A stretch of 63,733 nucleotides of DNA, counting the filler, from Octopus bimaculoides (taxonomy: Eukaryota): NCBI RefSeq assembly GCF_001194135.2. It is 8 parts of 6 records of this genome, joined end to end, with 100 filler letters (N's around TTAATTAATTAA, not from the genome) between each part and the next. Parts side by side here need not be neighbours in the genome. Positions count along the whole stretch, not along the records: positions 38,776 to 57,966 come from NC_068983.1; positions 58,067 to 62,470 come from NC_069006.1; positions 62,571 to 63,733 come from NC_068983.1; 5 more parts are not named here. One strand, 5' to 3'. A model generated the notes under the pieces. That model had not been told where the DNA came from, made no database searches, and worked only from the letters and a program-made list of their open reading frames with translations. How positions within the stretch are numbered: position 1 is the first letter of the stretch; every line of letters begins with the position of its first letter. Positions 52,060-63,733 of this stretch are shown here, in pieces. The translations under genes and the position numbers were made by a program.

Positions 52060-52121
<62 letters not shown>

Positions 52122-53946
52122 AAATATTAATAAAATATAAGCGAAAAATAAGTTTCATCACTTTCTTTTGAGTAACGCATGCAAGTCACAACAGTAATTT
52201 TATTTCAGCCTCGGCAAGGGGCACAAATGTGTGTTGTAGATAAATTTATTATCTATTTTTTATCGAGAGTATGACTCAGATTCGATACCTGGTGTAGCCT
52301 ATTTAGCTGACACCGTTTAGTAAATGTCCTTGGATATATGGAATCAAAGCTACAATTTTCCTTCGTCATTAACAATCAAAACCAACCCAACAACCCTCTC
52401 ATCAAAAGATAGAAAAAAGAAAAAAAAAAAACACGCACAAAAATTACCAGAACATAAAACACATCAAAACAAAATGAATATAAAGGTTAAAATCTTGGGA
52501 TTCTTGCCTATGTATGAACCTATTATTTTCTCCTTATGGTATGCTGACAACTTGCCAAAACTTGTGTTTGTCATTTAGAAATTAGATACTGATAAAGCGA
52601 CAAAGTAACAACATCTTGAGATATATTTAAGGTTGACACAATGCCTACAGCAATGTTGATGGTAGCAATGACGATAGTGTAATATTTATTACTTTATCCT
52701 AACGACAATAACATAGTAACATTTGAGGTGTAGATTAACCGACTATGTGCTTTGCGATAGTTGACGAGTTCATATCAATTTGTAAAAACAAATTACTTGC
52801 GGCCATAGCTCTCATTAGTTATTTTTGATCGGAACACTCTTAGCAGTGAATACCTGTGAACATACGAAAATACGAACATACAATTATGTATATGTATCGG
52901 ATTGTATGTACGGATGTGTGCTCATGTGTATGTATGTATGTATATGATTACATACACACACACAGATGTATGTATATATATATATATATATATATATNNN
53001 NNNNNNNNNNNNNNNNNNNNNNNNNNNNNNNNNNNNNNNNNNNNNNNNNNNNNNNNNNNNNNNNNNNNNNNNNNNNNNNNNNNNNNNNNNNNNNNNNNNN
53101 NNNNNNNNNNNNNNNNNNNNNNNNNNNNNNNNNNNNNNNNNNNNNNNNNNNNNNNNNNNNNNNNNNNNNNNNNNNNNNNNNNNNNNNNNNNNNNNNNNNN
53201 NNNNNNNNNNNNNNNNNNNNNNNNNNNNNNNNNNNNNNNNNNNNNNNNNNNNNNNNNNNNNNNNNNNNNNNNNNNNNNNNNNNNNNNNNNNNNNNNNNNN
53301 NNNNNNNNNNNNNNNNNNNNNNNNNNNNNNNNNNNNNNNNNNNNNNNNNNNNNNNNNNNNNNNNNNNNNNNNNNNNNNNNNNNNNNNNNNNNNNNNNNNN
53401 NNNNNNNNNNNNNNNNNNNNNNNNNNNNNNNNNNNNNNNNNNNNNNNNNNNNNNNNNNNNNNNNNNNNNNNNNNNNNNNNNNNNNNNNNNNNNNNNNNNN
53501 NNNNNNNNNNNNNNNNNNNNNNNNNNNNNNNNNNNNNNNNNNNNNNNNNNNNNNNNNNNNNNNNNNNNNNNNNNNNNNNNNNNNNNNNNNNNNNNNNNNN
53601 NNNNNNNNNNNNNNNNNNNNNNNNNNNNNNNNNNNNNNNNNNNNNNNNNNNNNNNNNNNNNNNNNNNNNNNNNNNNNNNNNNNNNNNNNNNNNNNNNNNN
53701 NNNNNNNNNNNNNNNNNNNNNNNNNNNNNNNNNNNNNNNNNNNNNNNNNNNNNNNNNNNNNNNNNNNNNNNNNNNNNNNNNNNNNNNNNNNNNNNNNNNN
53801 NNNNNNNNNNNNNNNNNNNNNNNNNNNNNNNNNNNNNNNNNNNNNNNNNNNNNNNNNNNNNNNNNNNNNNNNNNNNNNNNNNNNNNNNNNNNNNNNNNNN
53901 NNNNNNNNNNNNTATATATATACATACATGCATACATACATATGTG

Positions 53947-53982
<36 letters not shown>

Positions 53983-54625
53983 CTGCATATAACAGTGTAA
54001 TACACAGACATGTTTATGTGACAGTTTCATTAGGAATAAATAAGATGGAGTGGAATATGTGGATTGCGATGATCAATATCGGGATATAGAAACGGGATGG
54101 TATATCGGAATGTCGCTGGTTCGTATTTTGTCTACACAAATGATTTCTTCTCTTGGCTAAATTGGTTAGGTGCGTGCTATGGACTCTGTTAAGCTAACCT
54201 GCCTTAAATACACTGCATTAAGTGGAAGTTATTACATTCTTAGATCATCACAATTTGAAGGGTGTAGTAATACAAGTGTGGCTGCGGTAAATATACAAAG
54301 GAAAAACAAACTTGCCCACCTGCTTCAATTAGTTCCAATCAGTAACAGTAAATCGAAGCATCAATATTAAGATCTGATTTCAAATTCATCGTGTAGCTTT
54401 ATTTTGGAGCAATGAGTCTTTTTATACCCAAGACATATCAATGTTATAATGAATGAGAACGAAAGACTTGAGCCTAGTTAAATGTGTTACAGCATTTAGT
54501 ATCATCTCCTCACGACCTTCTATCTATTCAGAAACAACTTGGAATGTCAAACACATGAATCAGCAAATGAGTTTTTGTTTTGCGAACCTGCAGGTTTTTA
54601 CGCAATCTCTCAAAGTGCTGGAAAT

Positions 54626-55004
54626 GTTGTTGTTTGCACTTACGACATCGAGGGTTCCAGTTGATCCGATCAACGGAACAGCCTGCTCGTGCAATTAACG
54701 TGCAAGTGGCTGAGCACTCCACAGACACGTGTACCCTTAACGTAGTTCTCGGGGATATTCAGCGTGACACAGTGTGACAAGGCTGACCCTTTGAATTACA
54801 GGCACAACAGAAACAGGAAGTAAGAGTGAGAGAAAGTTGTGGTGAAAGAGTACAGCAGGGTTCACCACCATCCCCTGCCGGAGCTTCGTGGAGCTTTAGG
54901 TGTTTTCGCTCAATAAGCACTCACAACACTCGGTCTGGTAATCGAAACCGCGATCCTATGACCGCGAGTCCGCTGCCCTAATCACTGGGCCATTGCGCCG
55001 CCAC
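54626..55004 (-). mobile_element. SINE family C, full length
   Basis: Homology to 11046-11438; imperfect TSD GCTG(G/A)AAAT. Confidence 0.9.
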
Positions 55005-55400
55005 GCTGAAAATAGCAGTCAAATATAATACAAATTACAGCATTCTGCTTCTAAAAACAGAAGGGCACACTGGATAATATATTTTTGATAATAGAATAAC
55101 CGAAAAAAGACAGGATCTTTGCAGCTCAAACAATTTTGATTACAGACCTGATTGAACTGACATAAACAAAAATGAGATGTAGTCCCTGCCAATTTACTGA
55201 TGTTAAATTAATTGACAAAATTTCTCTTCCGCCATCTGCATCGAATTTAGAGAGTTAGTATATGTTGCAGTCATCCATATTTAATAATTTTTAAGTATCG
55301 TGCATCATATCCTGCAATTTCTCATAAAACCTGCGGCTAAAACGAATGTTCGTCATATTTGCTATAAATCACTCAACTGTATTATTTCACGCAAAAGAGG

Positions 55401-55813
55401 CCAATGAGTATGATATTAGTTTCAAATTTTGGCACAAGGCCATCAATTTCGAGGGAGAGGGTAATTCATTTTATTTACCTCGAAAGGATGAAACGCAAAG
55501 TCGACCTCGGTGGAATTTGAACTCTGAATGTAAAGACAGACGAAATGTCATTAAGCGTTTTGTTCGGCATGGTAACGATTCTGCCAGCTCGCCACGTTGC
55601 CAATGAGTACGATATTCATTTCAAATTTTGGTACAAGGCCAGCAATTTCGAATGAATGGGTAAGTCATTTTATCCACCTCGAAAGGATGAAAGGCAAAGT
55701 CGACCTCGGTGGAATTTGAACTCTGAATGTAAAGACAGACGAAATGTCATTAAGCATTTTGTTCGGCATGGTAACGATTCTGCCAGCTCGCCACTTTACC
55801 AACGAGTATGATA
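55401..55813 (-). repeat. Tandem ~199-bp duplication of a SINE A copy
   Basis: CCAAYGAGTAYGATA at 55401, 55600 and 55799 brackets two SINE copies with shared private variants. Confidence 0.85.
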
Positions 55814-56004
55814 ATGCATTACAATCTAATCTAATAGCTTTTTTCTTTATTAAAATCCTCTCTTTGATCTTCCATGTGTATTTTTTAATGAATCCTTAAT
55901 TCGTCAAGCATCTGTTGCTCCATATTTCAGAAGGAGTTATTGTATTATCTGGTTCCGTTTCGTTGCGTCTCCCAGATAACTACACAAGGTTTAATAAAAT
56001 ATCG

Positions 56005-56205
56005 TTTACAAATTTCGGCGCAAGGATAGCAATTTCAGGGAGGGGTAAGTCAATTATATCGCCCACAGTTCATGAACGATTCTTCATTTTATCGACTCTG
56101 AAAGGATGAAAGGCAGAGTCCACCTGAGCGGAATTTGAACTCAGAACGTAAGGACGGACGAAATTCCGTTTAGCATTTCTCCCGGCGTTCAAACGATTCT
56201 TCCGG
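56005..56205 (-). mobile_element. SINE family A
   Basis: Homology to family A. Confidence 0.75.
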
Positions 56206-56366
56206 CTCTCTCAGTTTAATATTTCTATAATTTTGATACAGATTTAAACGTTGGCGGTGATGCTGAGATAGGTTTAACATAGGTGTTGTCGATATAGGTC
56301 TCATGTTGATGGTGATAATTTTCATTTTATATTGATGGCTGTTAATATACGTATAATATTGGTCGT

Positions 56367-56754
56367 AGTGGAGGCGCAATGACCCAGTGATTAGGGCAGC
56401 AGACTCGCGGTCATAGGATCGCGGTTTCGATTCCCAGACCGGGCATTGTGAGTGTTTATTGAGCGAAAACACCTAAAGCTCCACGAAGCTCCGGCAGGGG
56501 ATGGTGGCGAACCCTGCTGTACTCTTTCACCACAACTTCCTCTCACTCTTTCTTCCTGTTTCTGTTGTACCTGTGTTTCAAAGGGTCACACTGTGTCACG
56601 CTGAATATCCCCGAGAACTACGTTAAGGGTACACGTGTCTGTGGAGTGCTCAGCCACTTGCACGTTAATTTTACGAGCAGGCTGTTCCGTTGATCGGATC
56701 AACATGGAACCCTCGATGTCGTAAGCGACGGAGTGCCAACAACAACAACAACAC
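56367..56754 (+). mobile_element. SINE family C, full length, with TSD
   Basis: 10-bp TSD TATTGGTCGT at 56357-56366 and 56755-56764. Confidence 0.9.
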
Positions 56755-57898
56755 TATTGGTCGTGCTTATACAGATCTAATATTGGTGGTTGTTCACACG
56801 AGTGTAATATTGACGGTGATGTTGATGTAGATTTAAATAAAGGCGGTGATGTTAAAATGCTGCAATAAAGTAAAAACGATAAAGTAATACGACGATAAAG
56901 TAATAGTCATGATTATGTACGGTTTCTTTCAGACTTATGTACAGGAGCCTCTCTCCTCCTCTATAATTCTAACTTAACTAAAGTATAATTTCGAAATTCC
57001 ATAGTCTTCTATGCTATAGTCTGTTTGAAATAGTAGATCAATTGATTAAATACCTTAATTCATTTAATCTTATCACTGTAGATGTTGATTTAAAACACCA
57101 CCGGGTTTGATTTCGCCTTTTAAGAGTTGAGGGTCGATAAGAATAAAAAAATTTTCAACTTGATTCAATCGACTCTATCTAGTATTTACAAATAAATATT
57201 TAAATAAACAAATACACAAAGAGAAAAAAAATCATAAAATCAAAGTTGTATATAATAAAAAAAAACCCACCAAAACTCGATATTGTCAAATCACATTGGA
57301 GCAAGTAGAAGCGAAATTGGTAAAGCAAAGATATTCTGTAGACAACAACAAACTATCTTTTCTTTCATATTGTCATTTGGCCAAATAGTTCACGTATTTT
57401 ATCTAAAATCTTTACCAAATATCTAATTATTTTGATTATTCTTCGTAAACAGACTGTCAACGAAATTCGCTGCAGTATAATTATTTATTTCGATTAGACT
57501 GGGAGATTTTACTTTAAAAGTAGCTGATATTCGATGCTGTGGCTCTCATACCATACCAAAAGTATTAGCTGATGGCAGAGAGCAAAATAAATCATTCTAA
57601 ATAGGTAATCGAAGTGTGGGCTATGATCGTGGTTTACTAATATCATGACGTTTTCATCTAAAATACTAGCGACAGGATGAGGAAAATGCAAAACAATACT
57701 AAAATAAAAAGCTTTCCTCTATAGGAAGAATACTTGATATTTCTGGGAGTAGATGCGGGTTGAGAGTACTTTTTTGAAATCTTTATTGAGCCGTAAAAGG
57801 AAAATTATACTCAATATTATCTTTGACTTCCGTATTTTTATAGTACATTTTCAAATTACACACACACTCACGCGAACACAAACATAAACGCACGCACA

Positions 57899-57966
<68 letters not shown>

Positions 57967-58903
57967 NNNNNNNNNNNNNNNNNNNNNNNNNNNNNNNNNN
58001 NNNNNNNNNNTTAATTAATTAANNNNNNNNNNNNNNNNNNNNNNNNNNNNNNNNNNNNNNNNNNNNATATATATATATATATATATATATACAAACACAA
58101 ACACACACACACATGCGCACGCGCACACACTATACGCTGTAAGGTGAGATAAGGGCTACACAGCGGTGGCGCGGGAAGATCCGCTGGTAATAAATCTTGT
58201 TGTTGGCGGTCATTTTTGTTTTTTCTTGTTATTGTCTTTGTGTAGCCTAAGGTCAATTTATATCGAGCACGCACCTAAGTAATGATCAAAGACGCTCCTG
58301 TTCCGACCATCCTGCCTTTTGTAGTTGTATCTATGTTTTATATTATTCCATATGTTCTCTTGTTTTAAAAGGGAAAAAGCTAACACTGTGTAAGGACAAT
58401 ATTTGTCCTTGGGCAGGAACTGTTATTTCTTATTTGCTGACCCCTAGAAAGTATGAAAAATGGCCAATGTTTCCTTTTTCTTTTGTTATATTTATTCAAA
58501 CCGCAAAGAATCCCTCTCAAAACATAGCTATGGTCCAGATCAGAGATGCACATATTGTCCGCCACTAAGGGACATGCTCAAGTGGTTAAGGTCAAGCTAC
58601 TGACAAGCAAATCTGTGGTATTGAGCAGAATATTTGCTATAACAACATTTCTGCTTCAGCAACTCAGTGCTGAATCTGTCTGAAATGTAGTTGAAGATCA
58701 GTCAGTTTCAAAACATTGATGTCCAGGTCAGAAAAGCAAAGTCTGAAGGGAAGAGTAGTCATTTCCTTTGATTTCTGGATAGAAACAAGTAGGAAATAAC
58801 ACTTACTGAACAAAGACAAAAAATGAAAAATAAAAATTTGTCAGGCAGTATAATGCGTGATTTGAGGGTAGCTTTAGTTCTTATTTCTTGCAAGAGAAAT
58901 CAG

Positions 58904-58994
58904 GGCTTTATGAGAAGGCTTCATGAGAAGGCTTTATAATAATGCTTTATAAGACGGCTTTATAAGAAGGCTTTATGAGAAGGCTTTATGAGAA
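58904..58994 (+). repeat. 7 x 13-bp minisatellite GGCTTTATGAGAA
   Basis: Direct reading. Confidence 0.9.
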
Positions 58995-59190
58995 GGCGGT
59001 GAAATGGCAGTACGTCGGGCAAAATGCCTAGCTACATTTCACCTGTCTTTGACGTTCTAAATTCAAATTTTGCCAAGGTCGATTTTCAACTTTCTGGGTC
59101 AATAAAATAGATACTAGTCGAGCGCCGGACTCGACGCATTCGATTTACACTCCTCCCCGAAATTGCTGGCCTTGTGCCAACATTTGAAAC
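58993..59190 (+). mobile_element. SINE family A, diverged
   Basis: Homology to family A. Confidence 0.65.
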
Positions 59191-59674
59191 TAATATTTGC
59201 CTTATAATCCACCTCAAGTGTAAGGACTCAGAAATAGGAAGAACAAAGCTCATCATATTCATAATGATATTGATGTTAGTGGAGGTTGTATCGGTAGTAG
59301 TAGTCCACCATCACCACCACCACCACCACCACCACCACCACCACCGTCACCACTACTACACATCACACCACTACTACACACCACACCATCACTACTACTA
59401 CTACTAATTCCACAAGTATTACTATCACCAGCACCACAACCATCATCATCACTACCACCACCACCACCACCACCACCACCACTACTAATACTACTACTAC
59501 TACAGCATAACGTTTGTTATCTCCACTGACATCTTCCTCTTTATCTCTCTCTCCCATTCTCCATCCCCCTCTCTCTCTCTCGTTCTCCTTGTCCCCTCTA
59601 CAGTAACCCTGAGACCCTCATTCCCCCTTTTTTCTTTCCGGTTGGCTCTTGTATTCAGTCTTACCTCTGTCTCC

Positions 59675-59709
<35 letters not shown>

Positions 59710-59887
59710 CCTCTTCTTATCTCATTGCCTGTCTGAGTGTCTGACTGTCTGTCTGGCTCTCCCTGTGAATAGAAACTCCATTATGTAGGGGTCGTCAGCA
59801 GAAATGGGGTGAAAGAGGGGGCGGGTGAGGTTAGATGGTGGGTGTACAAACTGGAAAACGACAAAAATAAACAACATAAAAAAAACA

Positions 59888-59918
<31 letters not shown>

Positions 59919-60276
59919 ATAATAATAATAATAATTAATTCTTTTATTAGCCACAAGGGCTCGCATAAAATAACGTTAAATGACATAGAACAACAAAAGA
60001 CAAAAACAGGACGATAATAATAATAATAATAATATCAATTACAATAATAATGACCCTTTCTTTTTGGCCACAAGGGCCGAACATACGAGAAAAAAAGGAC
60101 AATACAAAAAGCTGGAGACAAGTGGGGGTGGGGGTTATTGATGATGATGATGATGATGATGATGACGACGATGATGATGATGATGATGATGATGGTGACG
60201 ATGAAGAGAAGGGGAAGACAATGATGATGATGATAATGATAACAATAAACGCAACAACAACAACAACAACTACAGC

Positions 60277-60364
<88 letters not shown>

Positions 60365-60958
60365 TCGTCAGTGATGGTGGGTGAGTTGGATTACCATATC
60401 GGATATTGTTGTTGTGGGTTTGTTGTTATTGATGTTGAAGTTGTTGCTATTGTTGTCCCGGTGGTGGTGACGGTGGTTTTGGTAGGTAGTAGTGCTTAAA
60501 GAGAGAGAGAGAGAGAGAGAGAGAGTGTGTGTGTGTGTGTGTGTATGTGTGTGTGAGTGTATGGGTGTTTGTGTGAGGATTAGCAGGTTTCCCTCTCCTC
60601 CTCCCGCCACTCGCCCCAACGGATGCTATGGCGAAGTATGAACAGTGGTTGTTCCTATCATCGTTGTTGTACTGTTTCTGTAGAGGCTTTTTTTGTATAT
60701 CTTAAAAGACCCAATACAATCCAACAGTGATTGTCGTGACTATTCATTTATTTATTTATCTATTTATTTCCTTATTTATTTATCTATCTATTTATTCAGT
60801 TATTTATTTACTTATCTATCATGTAAGAAATACCATATACCCGTAAGGGTAATCTTTATATATCCAAAGCTGATCACTTGGTGATACGTCACAAACTGCG
60901 CGGCCTCGGTATCGTGGAAGAGTGACTACATCTATCTATCTATCTATCTATCTCTCTA

Positions 60959-60987
<29 letters not shown>

Positions 60988-60989
<2 letters not shown>

Positions 60990-61219
60990 TATTTCTTTAT
61001 TGCCCACAAGGGGCTAAACACAGAGGGGACAAACAAGGACAGACAAAGGGGTTAAGTCGATTACATCGACCCAGTGCGTAACTGGTACTTGATTTATCGA
61101 CCCCGAAAGGATGAAAGGCAAAGTCGACCTCGGCGGAATTTGAACTCAGAACGTAACGGCAGACGAAATACCGCTAAGCATTTCGCCCGGCGCGCTAACG
61201 TTTCTGCCAGCTCGCCGCC

Positions 61220-61220
<1 letters not shown>
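60988..61220 (-). mobile_element. SINE family A, near-consensus young copy
   Basis: Head GGCGGCGAGCTGGCAGAAACG, GAGTTCAAATTCC B-box, full body. Confidence 0.9.
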
Positions 61221-61255
<35 letters not shown>

Positions 61256-61961
61256 ATATCTATNNNNNNNNNNNNNNNNNNNNNNNNNNNNNNNNNNNNN
61301 NNNNNNNNNNNNNNNNNNNNNNNNNNNNNNNNNNNNNNNNNNNNNNNNNNNNNNNNNNNNNNNNNNNNNNNNNNNNNNNNNNNNNNNNNNNNNNNNNNNN
61401 NNNNNNNNNNNNNNNNNNNNNNNNNNNNNNNNNNNNNNNNNNNNNNNNNNNNNNNNNNNNNNNNNNNNNNNNNNNNNNNNNNNNNNNNNNNNNNNNNNNN
61501 NNNNNNNNNNNNNNNNNNNNNNNNNNNNNNNNNNNNNNNNNNNNNNNNNNNNNNNNNNNNNNNNNNNNNNNNNNNNNNNNNNNNNNNNNNNNNNNNNNNN
61601 NNNNNNNNNNNNNNNNNNNNNNNNNNNNNNNNNNNNNNNNNNNNNNNNNNNNNNNNNNNNNNNNNNNNNNNNNNNNNNNNNNNNNNNNNNNNNNNNNNNN
61701 NNNNNNNNNNNNNNNNNNNNNNNNNNNNNNNNNNNNNNNNNNNNNNNNNNNNNNNNNNNNNNNNNNNNNNNNNNNNNNNNNNNNNNNNNNNNNNNNNNNN
61801 NNNNNNNNNNNNNNNNNNNNNNNNNNNNNNNNNNNNNNNNNNNNNNNNNNNNNNNNNNNNNNNNNNNNNNNNNNNNNNNNNNNNNNNNNNNNNNNNNNNN
61901 NNNNNNNNNNNNNNNNNNNNNNNNNNNNNNNNNNNNNNNNNNNNNNNNNNNNNNNNNNNNN

Positions 61962-62012
<51 letters not shown>

Positions 62013-62570
62013 AAATAGATAGGTAGATGCGTATATAAATATTTAAACAGATAGAGAAATGTACGGACGGATAAATAGATATACAAATGGATAGACAGAG
62101 AGCAATAAGGGGGCTTGGGAAGATTAAAGTCCCTGATAGATAATAGTAAAACGAGAGAGGGCAGAGCAGATTATAAGGGTAGCGAGGTAAATGGGTGGGT
62201 AGCAGGGAGATCGGGAGGTGAGGCGTGAAGAGCGCAGAAACCTCTCGTGTGCAGCTGTATGATATGGGATACTACGCTTGACCTATCTTCACTCGCTGGC
62301 CGACACAGAGACAATGAACGCACACTCACCCTCGCACTCACGCTCTCACTCACTCTCACACAAGCGCGCGCAAAGAATGACGTTAGGAATATTTTTTTTT
62401 CAAGCATGATCTTCTGTATAGATTATATGTAGTTAAGTGCAGGTTACCGTACTTGAAATTTTGAGCCGTANNNNNNNNNNNNNNNNNNNNNNNNNNNNNN
62501 NNNNNNNNNNNNNNTTAATTAATTAANNNNNNNNNNNNNNNNNNNNNNNNNNNNNNNNNNNNNNNNNNNN

Positions 62571-62768
62571 ATTATTTTGTTTAAAAGAGTTCCAACACTG
62601 TCTGTTTTTATGTTTTATTTATATTCCTTGTGGTATTTCATCATGGCCGGTATGACAGACTTTAACAGTCTGTTAAAGTCTGTCATACCGGCCATGATGA
62701 AATACCACAAGGAATATAAATAAAACATAAAAAACAGACAGTGTTGGAACTCTTTTAAACAAAATAAT
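62571..62768. repeat. 198-bp near-perfect palindrome at a contig start
   Basis: 1-nt loop at 62669; arms differ by one homopolymer base. Confidence 0.9.
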
Positions 62769-62825
62769 ATATTCCTCTATACACAATCATACAAAACCCC
62801 TTTTTTTGTATTTATTTTTACTCGC

Positions 62826-62860
<35 letters not shown>

Positions 62861-62992
62861 GGTGTGTGTGTGTTTGTGTGTGTGTATATGTATATTTGTC
62901 TCTATGTGCATCTGTATATGTGTGTGTATATGTTTTTATGTGTGTGTATGTTTGAATACGTATCCATGCACACACATTCACATCCAAATATA

Positions 62993-63300
62993 TCAGGTCA
63001 TCCCATAAGTAATGCCCAGACTCTTTAAAGAATGGAAGTGTCTAAGGCGCATTTGAGCCACATAATGCTTTATGAGTTTAAAAAAGGGAACTCTGCAGCT
63101 GAAGTGACTCAAAATATTAACTCAGATTATGGAGAAGAATGCTTGAATGAAAGAACTTGCAAGAAGATGGCTTGCAAAATTTAGAAGGTGGAGATTTTAG
63201 GCTTGAAGATGAGGCCCGAACAGGACGTACAATTGAATCTTAGGTGGGATTGCAAAGGAGTTGCTTTGAGTTGCTACTAACTAATTCAACAATCAATGCT
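62993..63300 (+). mobile_element. Mariner transposase 5' part, frameshifted and internally deleted
   Basis: TA then TCAGGTCATCCCATAAGT terminus; ATG at 63032: MEVSKAHLSHIMLYEFKKGNSAAE..RRW..KFR..GDFRLEDE..GR (Mos1-type HTH). Confidence 0.85.
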
Positions 63301-63733
63301 CAAAGTGAGGGGAGGGAGTAAATGTATGTGGGTGTGTATATATCTTTTGGCAAATGTGTGGGTGAGCATGTGTATGTTTCAAGTGAGGGTGGATGAGTAT
63401 ATACATATAGGCGCATGTACGTGGGTGTGCGGGAGCGCATGTGTATGTACGGACTTGTGCACTTACGCGAATACTATGGACATTTTTACTCCCTTACATT
63501 TACTCCCTCCCCTCACTTAGCTTCATTCTAATAGCTCTTTTGTCTTAATAACGGTCAATCACAGAGTAATTTCCCTTTGTTTAACAGTCATTTTCATAGC
63601 ATTTTTTCGATGGCCAGATAACTGAAGAGATGTTGGCGTCGGTTTTCACCCCGACATCCGAAACTCGGAATTTTATCATGGCTGCCGAATAACTGTCACA
63701 TATTATTTACATATATATATATATATATATATA

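Noticed and set aside
52856-54089. Long ORFs of 200-450 aa in the track (also at 56, 25252, 26758, 37391, 39776, 61074)
   Set aside because: They are open only because they cross N gaps and dinucleotide repeats

Overview
AT-rich, microsatellite-dense, gap-rich eukaryotic (animal) draft-scaffold DNA. The repeat families look like those of octopus, but that assignment is my inference. There is no intact gene, only one well-bounded candidate coding exon (23412-23492). Every long ORF in the track is an artefact of N-gaps or simple repeats. The rest is transposon debris: three tRNA-derived SINE families (called A, B, C here), decayed LINEs (RTE, R4/Dong, L1/Tx1, CR1-like), three decayed Penelope-like elements (PLEs), mariner/hAT/Helitron-type fragments. 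The standout is a short non-autonomous element with a tRNA-like Pol III head, an (AAT)n linker and a PLE-type tail carrying a minimal type I hammerhead ribozyme. All five of its loci (2.5-19 kb) are head-to-head inverted dyads, and two are flanked by clean 12-bp target-site duplications. It is a candidate Penelope-mobilised, ribozyme-bearing SINE. At least three further hammerhead-fold families occur, two with non-canonical cores (CUGUUGA, CCGACGA). All folds and translations were done by eye; no database search was run.
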